From positions 2,584 through 66,583 of the forward strand of contig CAVKLJ010000004.1 in assembly GCA_963657245.1 (NCBI GenBank): DNA of 64,000 nt. Reading direction: 5' to 3'. How positions within the stretch are numbered: position 1 is the first letter of the stretch; each line of letters opens with the position of its first letter. The DNA is from Lachnospiraceae bacterium (lineage in GTDB: Bacteria > Bacillota_I > Bacilli_A > RFN20 > CAG-826). Of the stretch, positions 35,873 through 44,823 are shown piece after piece. The notes under the pieces were generated by a model. It was given only the letters and a program-made list of their open reading frames with translations, did no database searches and had not been told where the DNA came from. The position numbers and the translations under genes are program-made.

Positions 35873-35895
35873 ATCTAGGCTGCATTGCAGCCAGA

Positions 35896-35971
35896 GGTCC
35901 ATTAGCGCAGTGGTTAGAGCGAACGACTTATAATCGTTAGGTCTCAGGTTCAAACCCTGAATGGACCACCA
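35896..35971 (+). tRNA. tRNA-Ile (anticodon UAU)
   Basis: GGTCCATTAGCGCAGTGGTTAGAGCGAACGACTTATAATCGTT...ATGGACCACCA. Anticodon loop CTTATAA. Confidence 0.8.
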
Positions 35972-35974
35972 CAC

Positions 35975-36066
35975 GGAGGCATACCCAAGCGGTTGAAGGG
36001 GTCGGTCTTGAAAACCGATAGTGGGGTACTGCCCCAGCTAGAGTTCGAATCTCTATGCCTCCGCCA
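35975..36066 (+). tRNA. tRNA-Ser (anticodon UGA), class II with a long variable arm
   Basis: GGAGGCATACCCAAGCGGTTGAAGGGGTCGGTCTTGAAAACCGA...GCCTCCGCCA. Confidence 0.9.
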
Positions 36067-36267
36067 CTTAAAGAAACGACGGCTTACTACAAATGTATTA
36101 GGCCGTTTTTGTTTTAACGAAAACCGGAAGAAATAAATAGACTAAATTTGTAGTCTACTCAAGATGAAGATTTATTCAATTAAAGAACATTAGGCAAATG
36201 TGTCTGCAAAATCTTTAACGTAAAGAAAAAACATTACCAATAAGGCAACGTTCAGTCTTTCTTTAGA

Positions 36268-36537
36268 TTAATGGCAACAGCCACAAGGCGTTCTAACAAA
36301 ATCCATTAACGAATCAACGTATTCTTTATTGATCGAATAGGAATCGCCATTCTTTGTTAGTAGACATCCATCTTCCATTAGTTGGAGAGACTCTTTTAAT
36401 TCTTCCTCACTATCTCCAGTGACATATAGAAGATCATCGAAAGATAAAGTTCCTTTCATATAGAGGAATTTTGTAATTTTGACTCTACTTGGGTTGGATA
36501 GTATTTCGAATCCTGAAGCCGCTTCATCTTTATGCAT
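36268..36537 (-). CDS. ArsR-like winged-helix regulator with a C-terminal CGCCH tail
   Basis: FEILSNPSRVKITKFLY...SFDDLL wHTH pattern. Ends in TPCGCCH. RBS AAGGAG before the ATG at 36537. Confidence 0.5.
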   Translation of the reverse strand: MHKDEAASGFEILSNPSRVKITKFLYMKGTLSFDDLLYVTGDSEEELKESLQLMEDGCLLTKNGDSYSINKEYVDSLMDFVRTPCGCCH

Positions 36538-36676
36538 ATATTTTCTCCTTGTTGATATGAAAGGATTATACAATATCAACCAATTTAAACGAATAAATAT
36601 GCTTAGGAAAGGTTTCTAAAGGCCAGTATAAATATGAAATTGAAGGGGATTTAGCAAAGGTTTTTGAATTTCTAAA

Positions 36677-36726
36677 TAAAAAAAGTTAACGCCGCATGTT
36701 CTTGCAAACGTTAACTTTTAGGTTGT
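36677..36726. terminator. bidirectional hairpin terminator
   Basis: AGTTAACG...CGTTAACT stem flanked by an A-run and a T-run. Ends the lipoprotein/GH3 operon on the minus strand. Confidence 0.55.
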
Positions 36727-36734
36727 TGAGATGA

Positions 36735-39269
36735 TTAGGCTTTGACGATGACTTTTGCAGCGTCTTCTGCTGAGAAGGTGAATTCTTGAGTCATTTGAGA
36801 ATTCTTATTAGAGATGTAGTTGAAGGTATAGCTTCCATCTGTTCCCTTGCTTGCGGTATTAACCGTGTTGTTGCAATAGAAAGAGAAGTCACCAGTTGTC
36901 GTATCGTAAGACCAAGTTCCGTATTCGGTAACACCATAGTTATAGAAATGGAATGAATAGGAGTGGTTGGAATAGAAGATAAATCCAAACTTAGTACCAT
37001 TTGTATTCTCTTTATTAATGTTGAGAAGAGTTGTAGCTAAGAAATCAGTATTTCCAGATTCGATAACGAACTCTTGTTTCAATTGGCTGCTAATTCCAGC
37101 AGTGTAGTTACCTTTATAGCTTCCGTCTTCTTGCTTTGCAAGTTCATTAGTCTTCTCTGTGTTATAGGTAAGAATGATCTTATCGTTTTCGGAATCATAT
37201 TCCCATCCGCCAACTTCTTTTGACCAACTTCCTGTGAAGTTGAAATTGAAAGAGTAGGTGTGGTCACGGTTGAGTTTGAGGATAGTCTTATCTGGATTTG
37301 CTACTCCAACAACAGCAATATCAGAAATAGAGAAGACATCTTTATAGGTGTGTTCATCCATCATGAAATCTTGCCAGCATTGGTCACTCTTTGAATAAAC
37401 ATAGTGGAATTTGTAGCGTCCATCAGCCTCTTTTGAGGCGGTGGCAACCGTCGCATCTCCAACCTTTAAGACAACTAAGTCATCTTCGCCAACAGAATAA
37501 GTACCATCTTCTTTAACGATGCTATCTGTTCCGTTGTTACTAACCTTGAAGAAGAAATTGAATGTCTTATCAGAATTGAAGGTAAGAGTACAATTATCTT
37601 CCATCTTTTCACCCTTAAGCATCTTTAAAGCGTGAACGAAGGTTGAACCCCATGTATCTTTGTTCATTGTGAAGCTTTGAGTTAAGCCAGAGCCAGAGGA
37701 ATGTTCACAATAGATAACGTAGTTTCCACCTTTGATAGAGGAGGAGCCAGTTTCTTTATCGCCAACATTAAGGGTTAACTTATCTGTTGTCGCATTATAT
37801 GACCAAGTTCCTTTTTCTTGGGCGTTATATGTCTTAAACTCAAACACATAAGTGTTATCAGAATAGAATGTGATGCAGATTGCCTCATTATCATCTCCCT
37901 TAAGTTCCAAAACTTTTGTAACTTGGAAATAAGCGGAGAAATCGGCTGCAGAGATAACGTACTTCTGAGTTAATTGCTCACTAATTGCAGAGATATAGTT
38001 AACTACATAGGTGCCATCTTCTTGCTTAACTGTAACGTTGGTGCGGACTGTTTCGTCGCTCTTTGTTGCACTTAAAGTAAGAACATCGCTATCTTTGTCA
38101 TAGACCCATGTGCCTTTTTCATCGATCTTATTTGCCGTCCAGACGAAGTGGTACGTTCCATCATTGAAGAAGGCAAGTTTGATGTTGGCATTACTTGCGC
38201 CATCAAGAACTAACATTGCTCCTTCAGTTGGATCGGCCTCTTTCTCTTCATCGCTTCCAAAGTCTTCGGAGAATGCTTCAAATCCATAGGCTTTGACGTC
38301 TCCTAATAACCCTGCAAAACCAACTTTTGTGACTTTATAAGCAGGGACTGAACCGATTGATAAACCAAGCCATTGCTTGAAGTTTGAATCATCTGGAAGA
38401 TCGAATTCCATGTTGGATCCATTGTTATTGGCATACATATGGCCTTTTCCTGGATTGATTCTTACAGCATCGTATTCTTCGGTGCTCTTATCAGGATAAG
38501 TTTTGTATGTACCAGTTGTGACGAAGGCAGAAACTGGCATCTTATCGTTCTTAGAATCCATGCAGAACGTGTTTAGATAATATGTGCTATCGTCTAAGAG
38601 AGTAAGCATGTAATAGGAAGGACGAGAGGTGAATTCGCTATACCAGTATGTTGTAGCGTTGCTTAAGCCTTTTGCAGTATTGCCGCTTGATGTCGTTCCA
38701 AGAGCAAATGTGCCATCTTCTTTAAGAGAGAAGGAGGCTGTTTCTGTGTCGAAGGCTTTTTTGAAGGCTTCTTTAGAAGTTGTTTCATCATCTCCACGGT
38801 AGAAGGCAACGTTGCTTGTATCGGTTCTATCGGTATAAACCATTGGTCCGAAATCAAGGGTAACGACGTTTCCATCACGTGTATAGTCGGTTAAGGAAGC
38901 AAAAGAAGTGTAGGTGTAGCTGCTTCCAGAGGTAGGAATATACTTTGTATAGGAGTTCAAAGCGGCCTTGCTACCATCAAGAATGGCAAGAAGATCGTAT
39001 TTTTCGAGCTTTGCGCCATTGGATAAAGTCTCGCTCGATGTAACAAGATATGTTTCAGGAATATTGGTTTTGACTTCTTCGCTGCTTTCTGAGGAAGAAG
39101 AATTCTCGCTATCGTTAGATCCACGGTTATCGTATTTCTTTGTCTCATTGTCGATGTGAATTTTATAGAAGAATCCAAATAATGAGAAATCGGAATAGTC
39201 GCAGGAAGTAAGCAAGCCTAAGCTAACAAGAGCTGTTGTGCCAAGTACTAATAATCTTTTCTTTTTCAT
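36735..39269 (-). CDS. large surface lipoprotein with five ~97-aa tandem repeat modules
   Basis: Lipobox LGLLTSC. Ser/Glu-rich linker. Five C-terminal repeats with the pattern F.SD.TY.F.F...E.GTW.YD...DG.Y..NY.S..S.Q.TQ.F. Confidence 0.75.
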   Translation of the reverse strand: MKKKRLLVLGTTALVSLGLLTSCDYSDFSLFGFFYKIHIDNETKKYDNRGSNDSENSSSSESSEEVKTNIPETYLVTSSETLSNGAKLEKYDLLAILDGSKAALNSYTKYIPTSGSSYTYTSFASLTDYTRDGNVVTLDFGPMVYTDRTDTSNVAFYRGDDETTSKEAFKKAFDTETASFSLKEDGTFALGTTSSGNTAKGLSNATTYWYSEFTSRPSYYMLTLLDDSTYYLNTFCMDSKNDKMPVSAFVTTGTYKTYPDKSTEEYDAVRINPGKGHMYANNNGSNMEFDLPDDSNFKQWLGLSIGSVPAYKVTKVGFAGLLGDVKAYGFEAFSEDFGSDEEKEADPTEGAMLVLDGASNANIKLAFFNDGTYHFVWTANKIDEKGTWVYDKDSDVLTLSATKSDETVRTNVTVKQEDGTYVVNYISAISEQLTQKYVISAADFSAYFQVTKVLELKGDDNEAICITFYSDNTYVFEFKTYNAQEKGTWSYNATTDKLTLNVGDKETGSSSIKGGNYVIYCEHSSGSGLTQSFTMNKDTWGSTFVHALKMLKGEKMEDNCTLTFNSDKTFNFFFKVSNNGTDSIVKEDGTYSVGEDDLVVLKVGDATVATASKEADGRYKFHYVYSKSDQCWQDFMMDEHTYKDVFSISDIAVVGVANPDKTILKLNRDHTYSFNFNFTGSWSKEVGGWEYDSENDKIILTYNTEKTNELAKQEDGSYKGNYTAGISSQLKQEFVIESGNTDFLATTLLNINKENTNGTKFGFIFYSNHSYSFHFYNYGVTEYGTWSYDTTTGDFSFYCNNTVNTASKGTDGSYTFNYISNKNSQMTQEFTFSAEDAAKVIVKA
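36738..38219 (-). repeat. five tandem protein-level repeats inside the lipoprotein gene
   Basis: Recurring EDGTYVVNYISAISEQLTQKY / ADGRYKFHYVYSKSDQCWQDF / EDGSYKGNYTAGISSQLKQEF / TDGSYTFNYISNKNSQMTQEF blocks. Confidence 0.7.
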
Positions 39270-39271
39270 AA

Positions 39272-42200
39272 TTATTCTCCCTCCTTTGTATCTTCAGAAA
39301 GAGTTTCTTTCTTAAATTTGTTGTACTTCACTTGTCTGTAAGTGGCAACTCCACCTAAAGCAAGAGCAACGATACCAGAGTAGATGATTCCATCGACTAT
39401 GGCCATTTGCCACCAAGTCATAACATGAATCATGATTGTGGTTGGGGTGACTCCATTCATCGCGTTGGAATTAACAACTGTGTATAAGATACGTTTACAA
39501 GATTCTCTCATCGCCAAAACGAAATGAGGATCGTTTTGATAATCTAATGCCTTGAGGAACTTGTATTGGGAAGTCTTAGCGGAGGAGTCGAAGGTATCGG
39601 TTCCAGCAAGGACTGCTAAGTATGGATCATAGGTGGTTCTTTCGTGAGCGGAGGTAGCTGCGCCACTTGTGGTGTAGTCAGAAACGGCGAATCCATCTAA
39701 TCCCCATTCGTTACGTAAGACTGTTGTCATTAAGCCAGAGTGGGCGCTAGACCAGATGACACCGACTCTAGAGAAGGCTGTCATAACGTTATGGGCTCCA
39801 CCTTCAGTGATGGCGATTTGGAATGGCTTGAGATAGATTTCTCTGATTGATTGCTCGTTGGCAAAAGTGGAGATAGAACGGCAGTTTGTTTCTTCGTCGT
39901 TTAAAGCAAAGTGCTTAACGAAGACATATACGCCTTTAGATTGAATGCCTTTTGTTTCGGCGGCTGCAATCTTTCCGGCCAAGAAACCATCTTCGGAATA
40001 ATATTCGAAGTTTCTTCCGCTATAAGCGCTTCTATGGGTATTCATTGCTGGGCCATATAAGCCAGAATAGCCTAAAGCAAGACCATCTTCGCCGATGTGT
40101 TTACCGATTTCTTCCATGAATTCAACATTCCATGTTGCACCCATGATGTTTTCATCGGTATAAGCACACATTGTTTTGCTATTACCGGTTAAATCAGTAA
40201 GTTTTCCAGAGAATCCTTGTGGACCGTTTTCATCTTTTGTTCTTGGCATGGAGACAGAAGCGACTGATTGAATGCCGTGGTATCCAAGACCGATCATATT
40301 AGACATATCATCATATGAAAGCTGATCAAGTAAACTATCCCAATTTTCATCGTCATAGTCTTTGCCTCTCATATTGATTAAGGTTAGGCCATTATTAGCA
40401 TCCATTGTAGGAAGTTTTTCCCCTTCAACGGTGATCTTTTCGTAGGCTTTGATACCTGTCATTTCGTCATGGAGTTTATCATTAAGAGCAATTTCGACCT
40501 TGCTTGGCCAAGTGCCAACCCAGTTACTTCTAGAAAGATATGTGACATCATCCTTGCCATAATAGGAAAGGGATGCCGAATCAAATTGGTTAGAAATCTT
40601 CTTGCCATCTTTGCCAATCGAATATGTTTCATCATCGATTGTTTCTTGATTGAAGGTGTAGACATAAGAAGAATCACCTTCAGCGGAAGCGCCATCAATT
40701 CCTTTCATCAAGGATTTGTTTGCTCCGCCCTTTTTGGCGATGATGTTATTTAAAGCATCATGAGCATTAGCGCCAACGGAAAGATAATAATTTCCTGCAT
40801 CAAGGATATAAGTTCCTTTTCCTTTGGAATCGTATGTGGCAAATTCACTTCTTGGAACGGAAATCTTAACTTCTTCAGAGGCGTTAGGAGCTAATTCCTT
40901 GGTTTTAGCAAAGCCACAGAGTTCAACTGCGCTCTTTTCGATGCCGTTTGTTTTGTCATAATCGGTATATTCGCTCTGGAAATAGACCTCAACGACTTCT
41001 TTTCCTTTGACGGTGCCAGTGTTTTTGACTTTAACAGTCACTTCGATTTCATCTTTCTTGGAATCATATTTATAAACAGGGGTGCTATATTCAAAGGAAG
41101 TGTAGCTTAAACCATAACCAAATGGATAAGCGACATCATTTAAATACTCATATGAGCCAGTGCCAGTCTTTCCGTAGACTGTGTCTTCATATCTTGTTTC
41201 ATAATACCTATAACCGACATAGATACCTTCTTGATAGACGTTATAGTATTTGTTTCCGTCAAGGGAGTTGAAGACCATGTCGTTTTTATATTTGTCATCA
41301 CCGGAATTGCTCCATTCGGCAGAATAGAAATTTTGCATGCTTGGAGCGGTGGTGTTGTCATTGCAATATATATCAACTAATCTTCCAGAAGGAGAAACGT
41401 TTCCAACAAGAAGATCTGCAACGCCTTCAAGTCCTTGAAGACCTGTATAACCGATCCAAAGAGCTGCATCGACTTTGGAGTTTCCAGCTGTAAGGAAATC
41501 ACATTCAAGAGGGTTTGCAGAGTTGATAAGAACGATAACTTTACCGAAATTGTTCTTTGCTTGTTCAATCAATTCTTTTTCATTGATTGTTAATTCAAGT
41601 GCGTTGCCGGAGCCGTTTTCCGTTTCAGAAGCATTGCCTTGATGGTCAACATCGGCAGGAAGATCGTACATTTCTCCGCCTAAACGGGAAATAACAACGA
41701 TAGCCGCATCATTATATTGGCTAAACGATGAGGTTACCCCATCAGCTGCTGTAAGCGTGCTATAAGGGATTTCGTTAACGGTATAAGAGCCCTTAACTCC
41801 GCCATCACCTCCACGAATGGAGTTATCGCCTTTCTTAGGATTGGTTTGATAGTTGTTGATTTGGCTTACATAGTAATTCCAAACGGTTTCATTAACGGAG
41901 ACTCCTCTCTTTGTGAGAGTTTCTTTTAAAGTAGGTGCGCCATCAGCGTTAATATCGGCAGAACCTGTACCGCAAACTAGCATATTGCAGCTAGAGTGAC
42001 CAAGAATTGTGACTTTTGCAGTCTTAGAAAGTGGAAGGGCATCGTTTTTATTCTTAAGAAGAACGCTGCCTTCTTCAGTGAGTTCTTCAGCAATCTCTTT
42101 GTCGGATTTTTGAAGATCTTCAGTGCTGTTGTAGTCGCTTTTGAAATAAGCGGAATCGAATTTTGATGGGTCACCGATTTCAATCTGCTTGTTAGCCGCA

Positions 42201-42337
42201 TCTTCACAACCGAGCGCTTTATTGATGACGTTTACAAAGTTGTCCGTCACGCCTAAAGCCACTCCACAAGTGACGGCTAAAGCTGCGAATGTTCCAGTAA
42301 GGACCCAAAGAACTATAGGTTTTTTTCTTTTTGCCAT
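39272..42337 (-). CDS. GH3 family glycoside hydrolase (beta-glucosidase/xylosidase type), membrane anchored, reversed domain order
   Basis: N-terminal TM anchor. GH3 C-domain and Fn3-like region (PFGYGLSYTSF) come first. The catalytic domain (VKHFALNDEE, GFAVSDY) follows. C-terminal TM helix. RBS AGGAGAAAA before the ATG at 42337. Confidence 0.85.
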   Translation of the reverse strand: MAKRKKPIVLWVLTGTFAALAVTCGVALGVTDNFVNVINKALGCEDAANKQIEIGDPSKFDSAYFKSDYNSTEDLQKSDKEIAEELTEEGSVLLKNKNDALPLSKTAKVTILGHSSCNMLVCGTGSADINADGAPTLKETLTKRGVSVNETVWNYYVSQINNYQTNPKKGDNSIRGGDGGVKGSYTVNEIPYSTLTAADGVTSSFSQYNDAAIVVISRLGGEMYDLPADVDHQGNASETENGSGNALELTINEKELIEQAKNNFGKVIVLINSANPLECDFLTAGNSKVDAALWIGYTGLQGLEGVADLLVGNVSPSGRLVDIYCNDNTTAPSMQNFYSAEWSNSGDDKYKNDMVFNSLDGNKYYNVYQEGIYVGYRYYETRYEDTVYGKTGTGSYEYLNDVAYPFGYGLSYTSFEYSTPVYKYDSKKDEIEVTVKVKNTGTVKGKEVVEVYFQSEYTDYDKTNGIEKSAVELCGFAKTKELAPNASEEVKISVPRSEFATYDSKGKGTYILDAGNYYLSVGANAHDALNNIIAKKGGANKSLMKGIDGASAEGDSSYVYTFNQETIDDETYSIGKDGKKISNQFDSASLSYYGKDDVTYLSRSNWVGTWPSKVEIALNDKLHDEMTGIKAYEKITVEGEKLPTMDANNGLTLINMRGKDYDDENWDSLLDQLSYDDMSNMIGLGYHGIQSVASVSMPRTKDENGPQGFSGKLTDLTGNSKTMCAYTDENIMGATWNVEFMEEIGKHIGEDGLALGYSGLYGPAMNTHRSAYSGRNFEYYSEDGFLAGKIAAAETKGIQSKGVYVFVKHFALNDEETNCRSISTFANEQSIREIYLKPFQIAITEGGAHNVMTAFSRVGVIWSSAHSGLMTTVLRNEWGLDGFAVSDYTTSGAATSAHERTTYDPYLAVLAGTDTFDSSAKTSQYKFLKALDYQNDPHFVLAMRESCKRILYTVVNSNAMNGVTPTTIMIHVMTWWQMAIVDGIIYSGIVALALGGVATYRQVKYNKFKKETLSEDTKEGE

Positions 42338-42377
42338 AATTTTCTCCTGACCTTTTAGCCTAATAATTATTCCATAT

Positions 42378-42391
42378 TGTAAGCGCTTTAA
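42378..42391. promoter_or_regulatory. cre-like (CcpA-type) operator upstream of GH3
   Basis: TGTAAGCGCTTTAA versus the cre consensus TGWAANCGNTNWCA: 13 of 14 positions. Confidence 0.5.
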
Positions 42392-42485
42392 AATTGCAAA
42401 AATAATATAAAAATATTGCATTTTCTAAACTATTCGATATTTTTTTACTTTTTTGTTTCAAATGAAAGGAATTTATTGTCGGCAA

Positions 42486-42518
42486 AGAAAAAAGAATGCC
42501 GAAATGGCATTCTTTTAT
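42486..42518. terminator. bidirectional hairpin terminator
   Basis: AAGAATGCC-gaaat-GGCATTCTT stem with flanking A- and T-runs. Confidence 0.7.
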
Positions 42519-42536
42519 AATAGAAAACACTAGAAT

Positions 42537-44786
42537 TTATCGAAGATTATAGATTGTTGTGTTTGCTAAAGTGATGAAGGTGAAGAAAATGGTGTTAAGG
42601 AAGACGCCACTCCAGATATTGCCACTCTTTTCGAGTGAACGGTGCTGATAGACAGCTAACATTCCAAGAGTGATGATTAGGCCTTGGACAAGGATGCCAT
42701 CAAGGGCAAAATTCACAAATGGAGCAGTGCCAGTCGTATAAAGAACGCCATATTGATATAAGAGGAAGAGGGCTGATGGCCCAACTTCGATAGCAACGGC
42801 AAGTAAGTCTCCTCTCCAACCTTTCTTTCCAGCTGTTGTAACGGCGATTGAAATACCGGCGCAAAGATAGAAGATAAAGAAGAACGGGAGATAACGTAAG
42901 GAGGAAACGAATGCGGCTCCGTTTAACGTCTTAATGGCATATGTGTAAACGCGGAAGTCTGTGTTGAAGATCAATTGAACAATCCAAACGAATCCACAAA
43001 TAACTGAACAAAGAACGATAGCGTTAACTAAACTGACACCTACTGACTTCCAAGAGGCTTTTAAGCCAAGATGTGAAATGTTCCTATTATTATTAAGGAA
43101 GAAATGGGAGATAAGAGCAAATATCAAGGCTAATAAACCTGAGCCCATTGCCCAGAAGGCGATTGTATTGATGGATGGAGCGTTAAAGAATCTATTTGTT
43201 GAATTCAAAACGTAATTCGTTCCGTCGTTGATTAACCAACGTAAAGCGAAGGCGACAAGCGTGATTAAGAGGCTTCCACCAGCTGGGCGAATAAGCTTCT
43301 TTGCATTATCTTTCTTGTCTAATGCATTTAAGACAATAGCTACAATGCCAAGAATTATTGCAATTCCGATTCCACAATACATAAAGACGTCCATCATCGT
43401 CGTAAGTGTCTTTACTTGCGTTGGATAAGAAGTTGGCTCCATTAAGGCAGGAATCATAAACATCGATAGCAGTATGGAGAATACGCTCATTACGATGCTT
43501 ATTGCTTTTTGCCCTTTGCCTTGCGGTTCTACTTCAGGAATTAAAGTGCATTCAGTCTTTGCTAGACGGAAGAATGGCACATCAAACATTCCCATAAGTC
43601 CGAATAAAACCGCGGCAAAGACAGCAATTAGTCCTAAGCAAGTGAACACTTCTTTGATCCACCATATTTGTTTAGAACCAGATTTAACCGTTACATACGA
43701 ACTTAAATCTTTTAGGCCAGCCATCTTTGTTTGATGCTCAAAGCCATGGTTGAAAAAATCGACGATGCAACTTGTCGCCTCAGGTGACCAAGTGTTATAA
43801 GGGTGATCTCCGGCAACCTTATAAATGATTCTTTCACCATAATTGGCGGATAAATCTGTATTTTCAGTTGTTAATGCGGTATTTGTCGCTGGATCGACTT
43901 GATAGAATTTACCCGACTCACCAGCCGAAGTTAGTCCAAGCATTGAATAACCGACTTTATCCTTGGCATAGTCTTTTTCGGTAACGGTTCCTTTGCTATT
44001 TTCCGAATTGTCAAAGAAGAATTCATCATATTGTCCTTGAAGGGTTCCGCATGTTCTTGAACCATATGTCTTATATGTCGCGTCATATAAGCCTCCACTA
44101 TATGCGGAAACATAGAAATCAACATAACGGAAGTCAGCACCTTGTGCCAACATTGTTGTAACTTTTGGTTTGGAATAAACGCCCATATTGATGTTTAAAG
44201 TATCCCAAGCGACAGCAATTTCTGATGAGAATCCGCCCATTGAGTGGCCAGAAAGACCGATCATTGCAGTGCCATCACTTGCTTTAAGAACATAGTCTTG
44301 GGCATATAAATATTCCATTGCGTCATATGCTGACCAAACGTAGAAATTGAATGCAGAAGGGGTATCCCACGTAGAATCGCCATGGTCATATTGATCATAG
44401 GCGAGAACGACATATCCTCTTCTTGCGAGTTCAAGAGCAACTCCCGATTCGAATTCTTTGGAATTCAAATAGCCGTGTGTTAAAGCAACAGCTGGAGCTG
44501 GATGAGAGGCGTCAACTCCTTTTGGCAAATAAAGATCATAGGCCATTTTGGCATTGACCATGCCATCCTTCTTTTCACCGATGGATAAACGGAATGGCTT
44601 AGTAGTGGATGATTTGTATGTCTCTGAATACAAAGCGTCCATGTCGGCGACGCCACTAGTCACCTTCACAGAGTATCCGCTAGTATTAACCAATTGAGCG
44701 CCGAAACTCATCACTAGAGCTCCGACTAAGCACGATAAGCCAATACCTAGAGGATTTTTGAAAAAGCCTTTAACTTTTTCGTTCAT
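42537..44786 (-). CDS. fusion protein: TM anchor, extracytoplasmic alpha/beta-hydrolase (esterase/lipase type), ~10-TM C-terminal domain
   Basis: GLSGHSMGG nucleophile elbow and THGYLNS. The C-terminal ~380 aa are highly hydrophobic. Confidence 0.65.
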   Translation of the reverse strand: MNEKVKGFFKNPLGIGLSCLVGALVMSFGAQLVNTSGYSVKVTSGVADMDALYSETYKSSTTKPFRLSIGEKKDGMVNAKMAYDLYLPKGVDASHPAPAVALTHGYLNSKEFESGVALELARRGYVVLAYDQYDHGDSTWDTPSAFNFYVWSAYDAMEYLYAQDYVLKASDGTAMIGLSGHSMGGFSSEIAVAWDTLNINMGVYSKPKVTTMLAQGADFRYVDFYVSAYSGGLYDATYKTYGSRTCGTLQGQYDEFFFDNSENSKGTVTEKDYAKDKVGYSMLGLTSAGESGKFYQVDPATNTALTTENTDLSANYGERIIYKVAGDHPYNTWSPEATSCIVDFFNHGFEHQTKMAGLKDLSSYVTVKSGSKQIWWIKEVFTCLGLIAVFAAVLFGLMGMFDVPFFRLAKTECTLIPEVEPQGKGQKAISIVMSVFSILLSMFMIPALMEPTSYPTQVKTLTTMMDVFMYCGIGIAIILGIVAIVLNALDKKDNAKKLIRPAGGSLLITLVAFALRWLINDGTNYVLNSTNRFFNAPSINTIAFWAMGSGLLALIFALISHFFLNNNRNISHLGLKASWKSVGVSLVNAIVLCSVICGFVWIVQLIFNTDFRVYTYAIKTLNGAAFVSSLRYLPFFFIFYLCAGISIAVTTAGKKGWRGDLLAVAIEVGPSALFLLYQYGVLYTTGTAPFVNFALDGILVQGLIITLGMLAVYQHRSLEKSGNIWSGVFLNTIFFTFITLANTTIYNLR

Positions 44787-44809
44787 AGGTATGTTCCTTT
44801 CCGAATGTA

Positions 44810-44823
44810 TGTAAGCGTTTACA
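44810..44823. promoter_or_regulatory. cre (CcpA-type) operator upstream of the hydrolase-membrane fusion gene
   Basis: TGTAAGCGTTTACA fits TGWAANCGNTNWCA at 14 of 14 positions. Lies 24 nt from the ATG at 44786. Confidence 0.6.

Noticed and set aside
36138-36157. The perfect hairpin TAGACTA-aatttg-TAGTCTA between tRNA-Ser and the ArsR-like gene, as a terminator or small RNA.
   Set aside because: There is no flanking T-run on either strand and no promoter-like element nearby. The evidence is too little to call a feature.
16964-36202. Recurring TTAGGCAAA 9-mer in intergenic regions (16964, 23826, 36192; variant TTAGGCATT at 23862).
   Set aside because: The same 9-mer also occurs inside coding sequence as Leu-Gly-Lys (about 24988 and 26184). 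Its frequency may therefore just reflect composition and codon usage. There is no consistent distance to start codons.
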